Shown here piece after piece: positions 17,309 through 24,683 of a DNA stretch of 24,683 nucleotides (its first letter is position 1; every line of letters begins with the position of its first letter). The stretch comes from a virus (Duplodnaviria; Heunggongvirae; Uroviricota; Caudoviricetes). The translations under genes and the position numbers were made by a program. The DNA is taken from positions 1 to 24,683 of IMG/VR virus record IMGVR_UViG_2512047041_000007; one strand, given 5' to 3'. The notes under the pieces were generated by a model. That model was not told the origin of the DNA. It saw only the letters and a list, made by a program, of their open reading frames with translations, and did not search any database.

Positions 17309-18367
17309 TTACGCTCCGGTTTCTGCTGCGGCGGCGCTAAAATCGCCAATCTGGATGTTTTCCACCAGTGCAGCGCAGCGGTAGTCCTCAACCACATAGG
17401 CTTCGTTAACGGATTCAAAGTTTTCAATCCGGTCACGTTTCGGGTTGTCGATAACTGAACGGCGGCGGGTGTCTTCCTGCCAGTAAATGGACAGGTTATC
17501 CAGACGGGTGATCAGCAGTGCATTCGGCGGGAAGAACGGCGCACGCACGGCCTGCAGGCCACCCATGCGTTTCTGACTGATGATCATATCGGCAGCCAGT
17601 TTTTCACTGTTTTCCTGCTCTTTGTTGACCAGCGGGAAATACTTGTCAGACAGCAGTTCACGACCGCAAATCACCACCAGATCGTCATCGTCCTGGTAGA
17701 CCACGTCGATAAGCTCATTGACGGCATCCATCACCACAGCGTCCAGGTTGGCATATTCGCCACCTTTACCGACTTTCACCGCGCCCGGTGTGGTTTCACC
17801 GCCCGTGGTGGTGCTGCCCATAACGTGATCCGGTGCATCCTCACGGATTTTCTGCAGCCAGCCTTTGTTCACATCCTGCAGCAGCGGGTTTTCACTACGG
17901 TTGGAGGTTTTCGCACGCTTCACGCCGTTAAAGCCGATCATGATGCGGTCCAGTGCCTGACGTTTCACGATGGCGTCACGGATACGCACCTGGAAATCCT
18001 GAAACTTCGCCCACAGGTCCAGCTTCGCGTAGGTCAGTACCGTGTCAAAGTTGGTCTGCTCGCATTTATATTCCACATCGACCATCAGCGTCGGATCGAC
18101 AGGTTCACGCTCTTTCGCGGTGGTATCAGTGGTTCCGGCAATGGTGCTGCCAACTCCCAACCCCAGCAGCTGACCGGACTGCTCAGTCACTGGCGTGACG
18201 TTAATCAGCGTCAGGAAAGCGGCGGACTGCTGGATCTGGTCTTCCAATGTCTGCTGCACGGACGGCTCTACGGTGAACTTGCTGGACAGTTCTTCAACTG
18301 CCACACCGTTCAGACGCGCCAGTTGCTGCAGATAAGCGTTAAAAGCAAAGCGGGTATTCTTCTTCAT
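17309..18367 (-). CDS. N: Major capsid protein N
   Basis: 352-aa ORF; N-terminal TRFAFNAYL and internal GFNGVKRA/ISQKRMG blocks match the remembered P2 gpN. Confidence 0.92.
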   Translation of the reverse strand: MKKNTRFAFNAYLQQLARLNGVAVEELSSKFTVEPSVQQTLEDQIQQSAAFLTLINVTPVTEQSGQLLGLGVGSTIAGTTDTTAKEREPVDPTLMVDVEYKCEQTNFDTVLTYAKLDLWAKFQDFQVRIRDAIVKRQALDRIMIGFNGVKRAKTSNRSENPLLQDVNKGWLQKIREDAPDHVMGSTTTGGETTPGAVKVGKGGEYANLDAVVMDAVNELIDVVYQDDDDLVVICGRELLSDKYFPLVNKEQENSEKLAADMIISQKRMGGLQAVRAPFFPPNALLITRLDNLSIYWQEDTRRRSVIDNPKRDRIENFESVNEAYVVEDYRCAALVENIQIGDFSAAAAETGA

Positions 18368-18383
18368 CAGGTTTTGTGCTCCA

Positions 18384-19217
18384 TCAGCAATTGGTCAGAG
18401 TGTCAGCGGGGGCGTTACCGCCTGTTGCACGCTGGCGGTAGTCCTGGCGGCTGTCTTCATGGCTCAGCTTGTCCACCAGTTCGTTAAAGGCGGTCTGCTG
18501 TGCCTGCAGGGCAGTCTCCAGCTCAGACAGGCGTTCTTCCTGCTCAGACAGGGATTTTTCGGTGCGCGCACTCAGGTTCTGCTGCTCAGTGGCGACCAGT
18601 TCCACGGCCTTATGCACATCAGAGAACCGGGCGTCATCGGACTGCTCTTTTTTGGTGAACAGCGCCGTGACACGGGCAAACAGGGACGGTTTGTCATCCT
18701 GGATTTCTTCCAGTTCGATCACCGTTTCCTCTGCAGCGGTAAAAAGATTGGCGGGATTCTGCTTGCGGTTTGCCAGCGGGTTATGGGCTGCACTGGCGCT
18801 GAATGTCAGCATTTCAGTGCCCAGACTGGCAGGGTCATCAGTGGCAGCCAGGCCGACCAGGTAGGCTTTGCCCGTATCAGCGAACTTCGGGCTAACTTCC
18901 ATAGATGTGAATAATTTCTGGCCTTTTTTCACCAGTTCCACCAGGGACTCCGTTGGCTCAACGTCGGCATACAGCGCCATCTTGCCTGCCAGCGGACCTT
19001 CCTTGATTTCTTCAGCAAACAGCGCCGTCACCTTGCCGTAGCGGTTAAAGGTGCTGTCCGGCAGATAAGACTTGATGTGCTCAAGGTTAATCAGCGCGGT
19101 ATACACCGCCGGGTTGTAGCTGGCTGCCATCTGTTCCAGCCATTCACGCTGGATTTCGCGTCCGTCGGTGGTGGCACCTTCCACCCCGATGCGAAAACGC
19201 TTTGCTTTCACTGTCAT
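18384..19217 (-). CDS. O: Capsid scaffolding protein O
   Basis: 277-aa ORF, first gene of the O-N-M-L operon, divergent from P. Confidence 0.88.
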   Translation of the reverse strand: MTVKAKRFRIGVEGATTDGREIQREWLEQMAASYNPAVYTALINLEHIKSYLPDSTFNRYGKVTALFAEEIKEGPLAGKMALYADVEPTESLVELVKKGQKLFTSMEVSPKFADTGKAYLVGLAATDDPASLGTEMLTFSASAAHNPLANRKQNPANLFTAAEETVIELEEIQDDKPSLFARVTALFTKKEQSDDARFSDVHKAVELVATEQQNLSARTEKSLSEQEERLSELETALQAQQTAFNELVDKLSHEDSRQDYRQRATGGNAPADTLTNC

Positions 19218-19295
19218 GAGCCGTGCTCCGTTAGAAAAAACTTACTGGAGCCTTATGGTTGCGGTGATGGGGGCAGTGAAACAATGCGCGGTATT

Positions 19296-19313
19296 TGTAC
19301 CGACAACCACACA
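19296..19313. promoter_or_regulatory. Candidate late-promoter dyad in the divergent O/P intergenic region
   Basis: TGTACCGACAACCACACA (TGT-N12-ACA) lies between the O start (19217) and P start (19360); which promoter it serves cannot be decided from sequence alone. Confidence 0.45.
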
Positions 19314-19359
19314 AACCGCAGGCGGGGAAAGCCTTCATTCAAGGTTGTAGGTTTGTGCC

Positions 19360-21126
19360 ATGAACACCACACTGACACCCGCAGATCTCGATCCCCGTCG
19401 GCAGGCCATGCTGCTGTACTTTCAGGGATACCGCGTAGCCCGCATTGCTGAAATGCTGGGCGAGAAAGTTGCAACCGTTCACAGCTGGAAAAAACGCGAC
19501 AAGTGGGGTGACTATGGGCCGCTGGATCAGATGCAGCTCACCACCGCCGCACGCTACTGCCAGCTCATCATGAAGGAGCACAAAGAAGGGAAAGATTTCA
19601 AAGAGATTGACCTGCTGGCGCGCCAGTCGGAGCGCCACGCGCGGATCGGCAAGTTTAACAATGGCGGCAACGAAGCCGACTTAAACCCTAACGTCGCCAA
19701 CCGCAATAAAGGCCCACGCCGTCAGCCGGAAAAGAATGTTTTCACCGATGAGCAGATTGAGAAGCTGGAAGAAATCTTCCATTCCTCCATGTTCAACTAC
19801 CAGCGCCACTGGTGGGAAGCCGGAAAAACCAACCGCATCCGCAACCTGCTGAAGTCACGCCAGATCGGCGCGACCTTTTACTTTGCCCGTGAAGCCCTGA
19901 TTGACGCCCTGCTTACCGGACGTAACCAGATTTTCCTTTCCGCCAGCAAGGCACAGGCCCACGTCTTTAAGCAGTACATCATCGACTTCGCCAAAGAAGT
20001 GGGGGTGGAGTTGAAAGGCGATCCGATGGTGCTTCCTAACGGGGCCACGCTTTACTTCCTCGGCACCAATGCCCGCACGGCCCAGAGTTATCACGGCAAC
20101 CTGTATCTGGATGAATATTTCTGGATACCGAAATTCCAGGAGCTGCGCAAAGTGGCTTCCGGTATGGCTATTCACAAAAAATGGCGACAAACCTATTTTT
20201 CCACGCCATCCAGCCTGACACACAGTGCTTATCCGTTCTGGTCCGGTGCGCTGTTCAACCGTGGGCGCAACAAGGCCGACAAGGTGGACATCGACCTGTC
20301 CCACAGCAATCTGGCCCCCGGCCTGCTGTGCGCAGACGGGCAATACCGCCAGATAGTCACCGTGGAAGATGCGGTGCGCGGCGGCTGTAACCTGTTCGAC
20401 CTTGACCAGTTGCGCATGGAGTACAGCCCGGACGAATACCAGAACCTGCTGATGTGCGAGTTTGTGGACGATCTCGCGTCCGTATTTCCGCTCAGCGAGC
20501 TGCAGGCGTGCATGGTGGACAGCTGGGAAGTCTGGACCGACTTTCATGCACTGGCTCTGCGCCCGTTTGGCTGGCGCGAAGTGTGGATCGGTTATGACCC
20601 GGCAAAAGGTACGCAAAACGGCGACAGCGCCGGATGCGTGGTGGTGGCACCGCCAGCCGTGCCTGGTGGTAAGTTCCGCATTCTTGAGCGTCACCAGTGG
20701 CGCGGGATGGACTTCCGCGCCCAGGCTGACGCCATCAAAAAACTGACCGAACAGTACAACGTGACCTATATCGGTATCGACTCAACCGGCGTTGGTCACG
20801 GGGTTTATGAGAACGTGAAAGCGTTCTTTCCTGCCGTCCGGGAGTTTGTCTACAACCCCAATGTTAAAAACGCCCTGGTACTCAAGGCCTACGACATTAT
20901 CAGCCACCGCCGTCTGGAGTTTGACGCCGGGCACACCGACATTGCGCAGTCATTTATGGCAATCCGTCGCGCTACCACTGCCAGTGGCAACCGCCCGACC
21001 TATGAAGCCAGCCGCAGCGAAGAAGCCAGCCATGCCGATCTGGCCTGGGCAACAATGCACGCACTGTTTAACGAACCGCTGCAGGGCGAGTCCGCCAATA
21101 CCAGCAATATTGTGGAGATTTTTTGA
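19360..21126 (+). CDS. P: Terminase large (ATPase) subunit P
   Basis: 588-aa ORF, P2 gpP-like, followed by Q with a 4-bp overlap. Confidence 0.92.
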   Translation: MNTTLTPADLDPRRQAMLLYFQGYRVARIAEMLGEKVATVHSWKKRDKWGDYGPLDQMQLTTAARYCQLIMKEHKEGKDFKEIDLLARQSERHARIGKFNNGGNEADLNPNVANRNKGPRRQPEKNVFTDEQIEKLEEIFHSSMFNYQRHWWEAGKTNRIRNLLKSRQIGATFYFAREALIDALLTGRNQIFLSASKAQAHVFKQYIIDFAKEVGVELKGDPMVLPNGATLYFLGTNARTAQSYHGNLYLDEYFWIPKFQELRKVASGMAIHKKWRQTYFSTPSSLTHSAYPFWSGALFNRGRNKADKVDIDLSHSNLAPGLLCADGQYRQIVTVEDAVRGGCNLFDLDQLRMEYSPDEYQNLLMCEFVDDLASVFPLSELQACMVDSWEVWTDFHALALRPFGWREVWIGYDPAKGTQNGDSAGCVVVAPPAVPGGKFRILERHQWRGMDFRAQADAIKKLTEQYNVTYIGIDSTGVGHGVYENVKAFFPAVREFVYNPNVKNALVLKAYDIISHRRLEFDAGHTDIAQSFMAIRRATTASGNRPTYEASRSEEASHADLAWATMHALFNEPLQGESANTSNIVEIF

Positions 21127-22160
21127 TGGGAAAGAGTAAGAAGAACCGCGCTGCGTCGACGAAACAGATCCAGCATAAAAGCCAGACTTCAGCCGAAGCA
21201 TTCAGCTTCGGTGATCCCGTTCCTGTTCTGGACCGCCGCGAACTGCTGGACTATGTGGAATGCGTACAGATGGAGTGTTGGTACGAGCCACCCGTAAGTT
21301 TTGACGGACTGGCGCGCACCTTCCGGGCTGCCGTGCATCACAGTTCCCCGATTGCAGTAAAGTGCAACATTCTGACCAGTACCTATATCCCTCATCCGCT
21401 GCTCAGCCAACAGGCTTTTTCGCGTTTTGTACAGGACTATCTGGTATTTGGTAACGCCTACCTGGAGAAACGCACGAACCGATTCGGTGAAGTTATCGCC
21501 CTTGAGCCTGCGCTGGCAAAATACACCCGACGCGGGTTAGACCTGGATACCTACTGGTTTGTGCAATACGGTATGACAACCCAGCCGTATCAGTTCACGA
21601 AAGGCAGCATTTTTCAGCTGATGGAACCGGACATCAACCAGGAGATCTACGGCCTGCCCGGCTATCTTTCTGCCATCCCATCCGCTTTGCTCAACGAGTC
21701 CGCCACGCTGTTCCGCCGCAAGTATTACATTAACGGCAGTCATGCCGGCTTCATCATGTACATGACCGATGCCGCGCAGAACCAGGAGGATGTGAACAAC
21801 CTCCGCAACGCAATGAAAAGCGCCAAAGGTCCGGGTAACTTCCGCAATCTGTTTATGTACTCGCCTAATGGTAAAAAAGACGGACTTCAGATTATCCCGT
21901 TGTCAGAAGTCGCAGCGAAGGATGAATTTCTGAATATCAAAAATGTTAGTCGCGATGACATGATGGCAGCACACCGCGTGCCGCCACAGATGATGGGGAT
22001 AATGCCAAATAATGTTGGGGGGTTTGGGGATGTGGAGAAGGCAAGTAATGTATTTGTACGCAATGAACTAATACCATTGCAAAAAAGATTTGAAGAGTTA
22101 AATGTTTGGTTAAAAGAAAAAGTGATACAGTTCGAAGAATATAAACTTCATTCAAATTAG
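21123..22160 (+). CDS. Q: Portal protein Q
   Basis: 345-aa ORF, P2 gpQ-like in size and position; the last 60 or so codons are markedly AT-rich. Confidence 0.9.
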   Translation: MMGKSKKNRAASTKQIQHKSQTSAEAFSFGDPVPVLDRRELLDYVECVQMECWYEPPVSFDGLARTFRAAVHHSSPIAVKCNILTSTYIPHPLLSQQAFSRFVQDYLVFGNAYLEKRTNRFGEVIALEPALAKYTRRGLDLDTYWFVQYGMTTQPYQFTKGSIFQLMEPDINQEIYGLPGYLSAIPSALLNESATLFRRKYYINGSHAGFIMYMTDAAQNQEDVNNLRNAMKSAKGPGNFRNLFMYSPNGKKDGLQIIPLSEVAAKDEFLNIKNVSRDDMMAAHRVPPQMMGIMPNNVGGFGDVEKASNVFVRNELIPLQKRFEELNVWLKEKVIQFEEYKLHSN

Positions 22161-22166
22161 CTTTAA

Positions 22167-22185
22167 GGCTGCCAGTTTGGCAGCC
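22167..22185 (+). terminator. Possible hairpin downstream of Q (weak terminator candidate)
   Basis: ggctgcca-gtt-tggcagcc, a perfect 8-bp stem; the T-run (cattttag) is about 20 nt further on, not adjacent, so the call is weak. Confidence 0.25.
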
Positions 22186-22289
22186 AGAACCTTTATCGCC
22201 ATTTTAGATAAAAAGCAAAAAATGGATCAGTAATATGAACCGCCCCGGGAATCCTGGAGACTAAACTTCCTGAGAAAGAGGTAAACAGG

Positions 22290-22616
22290 ATGACTAAAAA
22301 TACTCGTTTTTCCCCCGAAGTCCGTCAACGGGCAGTCCGTATGGTTCTGGAAAGTCAGAGCGAATATGACTCACAATGGGCGACAATTTGTTCCATTGCT
22401 CCAAAGATTGGCTGTACGCCGGAGACTCTGCGTGTCTGGGTTCGCCAGCATGAGCGGGATACCGGGGGCGGTGATGGAGGGCTCACCACCGCTGAACGTC
22501 AGCGTCTGAAAGAGCTGGAACGTGAAAATCGTGAACTGCGCCGCAGTAACGATATCCTTCGCCAGGCTTCCGCTTATTTTGCGAAGGCGGAGTTCGACCG
22601 CCTCTGGAAAAAATGA
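22290..22616 (+). CDS. IS3-family transposase OrfA (HTH/leucine-zipper subunit)
   Basis: 108 aa; ends at an A6 run (tgg aaa aaa tga) where OrfB begins in the -1 frame. Confidence 0.9.
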   Translation: MTKNTRFSPEVRQRAVRMVLESQSEYDSQWATICSIAPKIGCTPETLRVWVRQHERDTGGGDGGLTTAERQRLKELERENRELRRSNDILRQASAYFAKAEFDRLWKK

Positions 22617-23503
22617 TGCCACTGCTGGATAAGCTGCGTGAGCAGTACGGGGTCGGACCGCTATGCAGCGAACTGCATATTGCCCCGTCAACGTATTACC
22701 ACTGTCAGCAACAGCGACATCATCCGGATAAACGCAGTGCCCGTGCGCAGCGCGATGACTGGCTGAAGAAAGAGATACAGCGCGTATACGATGAAAATCA
22801 CAAGGTATACGGTGTGCGTAAAGTCTGGCGTCAGTTGTTACGGGAAGGTATCAGAGTGGCCAGATGCACTGTGGCACGTCTCATGGCGGTTATGGGACTT
22901 GCCGGTGTTCTCCGGGGTAAAAAGGTCCGTACGACCATCAGCCGGAAAGCCGTTGCCGCAGGCGACCGCGTAAACCGTCAGTTCGTGGCAGAACGACCTG
23001 ACCAGCTGTGGGTGGCTGATTTTACTTACGTCAGCACATGGCGGGGCTTCGTCTATGTGGCGTTCATCATTGATGTGTTTGCCGGATACATCGTGGGGTG
23101 GCGGGTCTCATCGTCCATGGAAACGACATTCGTGCTGGATGCACTGGAGCAGGCGTTATGGGCCCGTCGACCGTCCGGCACGGTCCATCACAGTGATAAA
23201 GGTTCTCAGTATGTATCGCTGGCCTACACACAGCGGCTTAAGGAAGCCGGATTACTGGCATCAACAGGAAGTACAGGCGACTCGTATGACAACGCGATGG
23301 CGGAGAGCATCAATGGTCTTTACAAAGCGGAGGTAATACACCGTAAGAGCTGGAAAAACCGTGCAGAAGTGGAACTGGCCACACTCACGTGGGTGGACTG
23401 GTATAACAATCGACGATTGCTGGAAAGGCTGGGCCATACTCCTCCGGCAGAAGCAGAAAAAGCTTATTATGCTTCCATCGGAAACGATGATCTGGCAGCC
23501 TGA
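22613..23503 (+). CDS. IS3-family transposase OrfB (DDE catalytic domain)
   Basis: 296 aa with the integrase-like DDE region (WVADFTY...HSDKGSQY...E); probably expressed as an OrfAB fusion by -1 frameshifting. Confidence 0.9.
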   Translation: MMPLLDKLREQYGVGPLCSELHIAPSTYYHCQQQRHHPDKRSARAQRDDWLKKEIQRVYDENHKVYGVRKVWRQLLREGIRVARCTVARLMAVMGLAGVLRGKKVRTTISRKAVAAGDRVNRQFVAERPDQLWVADFTYVSTWRGFVYVAFIIDVFAGYIVGWRVSSSMETTFVLDALEQALWARRPSGTVHHSDKGSQYVSLAYTQRLKEAGLLASTGSTGDSYDNAMAESINGLYKAEVIHRKSWKNRAEVELATLTWVDWYNNRRLLERLGHTPPAEAEKAYYASIGNDDLAA

Positions 23504-23505
23504 GT

Positions 23506-23709
23506 TCACAGATAAAACACTCTCCAGGAAACCCGGGGCGGTTCAGTTAATAAATGAGGTTGAGATGGGTTCAGCTTGTTCCGCAGAATCTGCACATTCA
23601 TGCCAGCACGTTCTGCCAGTTGCACCAGATTGTGGCGCAGTGCGAATGCACGACAGGCTTCATCAAAATGTGGATGTTTGGAAACTTGGTAATCAAACAT
23701 GGTTTTCAA
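23506..23709 (-). pseudogene. cII: 186-type cII gene truncated by the IS insertion (54 native codons, remainder read from the IS inverted repeat)
   Basis: N-terminus [45 protein letters not shown] matches the remembered 186 CII HTH region; the native sequence stops at 23546 where the IS right end begins. Confidence 0.72.
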
Positions 23710-23764
23710 CTCCGAACTTATCGCAAAATCGAACTCAGCGTCTTATTGCGAAAATAGACGTCTA

Positions 23765-23968
23765 TTAAGCAGACAAAGCATCAACAGTCAGAGCAGCCAG
23801 GTTAATCATTACCTTTTCACGTTTTTTGTCTTTACGAAGATGATGACGAGGTAGTCGGCCATCAGCCAACATGTCGTTAATCGTATCAATAGAAAGGCCT
23901 GTCAGTTCGCTATAACGTTCGATTGTGACATGTGGTGTATTCAGAGTAATTGAAATGTTAGGTGTCAT
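23765..23968 (-). CDS. apl: Apl-like excisionase / repressor of the lysogenic promoter (Cox/Apl family)
   Basis: 67-aa ORF upstream of cII and divergent from cI, arranged as in the 186 switch; small basic HTH protein. Confidence 0.78.
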   Translation of the reverse strand: MTPNISITLNTPHVTIERYSELTGLSIDTINDMLADGRLPRHHLRKDKKREKVMINLAALTVDALSA

Positions 23969-24057
23969 AAGGCAACATTCCTTCTAGATATGGCTTGTGG
24001 CGAGCCGTTGTTTGTCGTGATTAGTAGTGAAGGCTCCAAAAGAACACTTCTGGCTCA

Positions 24058-24086
24058 ACTTTAAGATCGCTTTTGGAATCTGTCAA
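24058..24086 (-). promoter_or_regulatory. Candidate lytic promoter pR (sigma70) driving apl-cII
   Basis: On the minus strand: -35 TTGACA (plus 24081-24086), 17-bp spacer, -10 TAAAGT (plus 24058-24063); flanked by direct repeats ttttgga that could be operator half-sites. Confidence 0.45.
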
Positions 24087-24113
24087 CGAATTTTGGATTT
24101 CTTTGGAGGACTT

Positions 24114-24683
24114 GTGGATTTCAATAGCGGCGGTAAGAAAGCCATAGAACGTTTAGTTGAAGCATATGGGTTCGGTACCCGTCAGGCTCTCTGTGATCAT
24201 TTAGGTGTTTCTAAGAGCACCATGGCAACGCGCTATATGCGTGATATTTTTCCAGCAGATTGGGTAATCCAGTGCGCCCTTGAAACGGGCACCTCGCTTA
24301 ATTGGCTAACAACAGGGCATGGTTCAAAGCAAGCATCAGCAAATACAAATACTATAGAAGTAGAAAAATATTTATTGTCTGATGGAGCATTGCAGAAAGA
24401 CGGTTTTTATATTTTTGATAAGGGATTTCTACCCTCTACGTTTAAAAAACCTTTTGTCATCACAGATAACAATTCTGAATTTATTTGTGATAAAGAATTT
24501 GATGATATACGTGATGGTAAATGGGTAATAAGTATTGATGGCGAAATAACGATCCGTGACATTACTCGTTTACCCGGTGGAAGAATCTTCGTCGAGGGTG
24601 GAAACAGAGCCTTCGAATGCAAGATTGAAGACATTGAAATAATTGGTAAAATTATAAGTTTAACAGTCAAGTATGTTAAATAG
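24114..24683 (+). CDS. cI: 186-type CI immunity repressor
   Basis: C-terminal region ICDKEFDDIRDGKWVISIDGEITIRDITRLPGGRIFVEGGNRAFEC parallels the remembered 186 CI. GTG start at 24114 is preceded by GGAGGA and gives about 189 aa; the ORF stays open upstream to a GTG at 24027. Confidence 0.75.
   Translation: MDFNSGGKKAIERLVEAYGFGTRQALCDHLGVSKSTMATRYMRDIFPADWVIQCALETGTSLNWLTTGHGSKQASANTNTIEVEKYLLSDGALQKDGFYIFDKGFLPSTFKKPFVITDNNSEFICDKEFDDIRDGKWVISIDGEITIRDITRLPGGRIFVEGGNRAFECKIEDIEIIGKIISLTVKYVK

Larger units (their letters stand above)
22236..23545 (+). mobile_element. IS3-family insertion sequence, IS629-like, 1310 bp, complete
   Basis: Terminal inverted repeats tgaaccgccccgggaatcctggaga (22236-22260) and its near reverse complement at 23521-23545, with TG...CA ends; two-ORF transposase. 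Family name recalled from the OrfA sequence, not verified. Confidence 0.88.

Noticed and set aside
19353-19370. Second TGT-N12-ACA match in the O/P region, plus an ACA-N12-TGT at 19281-19298
   Set aside because: The first overlaps the P start codon, leaving no room for a promoter; the second has the wrong half-site polarity for the activator site.
22161-22235. cos site expected just beyond the portal gene
   Set aside because: No GC-rich cohesive-end-like sequence resembling the P2/186 cos core was seen in the 75 bp between Q and the IS; judged deleted or displaced.
22233-23548. Target-site duplication flanking the IS
   Set aside because: The 3 bp on each side (ata / gtt) do not match. A taata motif occurs on both sides but at different offsets from the IS ends, so it was not accepted as a duplication.
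24027-24113. Upstream GTG start for cI at 24027
   Set aside because: No Shine-Dalgarno upstream, it would put the candidate pR -35 inside the coding region, and the GTG at 24114 gives a protein of 186 CI length. Not excluded.
1-24683. tRNA, rRNA or CRISPR features
   Set aside because: No cloverleaf-like tRNA candidates, no spacer-repeat arrays and no rRNA-like stretches were recognised; the window is densely protein-coding.

Overview
This window is almost entirely a P2/186-family myovirus prophage, read here mostly on the minus strand. All assignments rest on reading the ORF translations against remembered P2/186/Hin/P1 proteins; no database search was run. From left to right: late activator ogr, the tail genes (D, U, T, E/E', FII, FI), a serine DNA invertase with an invertible tail-fibre segment bounded by two 26-bp hix/gix-like inverted sites, the baseplate genes (I, J, W, V), tail completion S and R, a lysis cassette (LysC/LysB spanins, LysA, SAR-type endolysin, small holin), X, the head genes (L, M, N, O) and the divergent terminase/portal pair P-Q. 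Directly after Q sits a complete 1310-bp IS3-family element (IS629-like) whose right end truncates a 186-type cII gene, followed by apl and a 186-type cI repressor with a near-consensus pR promoter. No replication genes or cos site lie between Q and cII, so the element looks like a defective, IS-rearranged prophage. I did not find an unexplained cargo or defence system: every ORF of plausible coding quality is accounted for by phage or IS functions. The most notable items are the tail-fibre inversion switch, the IS-associated deletion, a perfect in-frame 81-bp tandem duplication in gene R, and the E/E' frameshift site.
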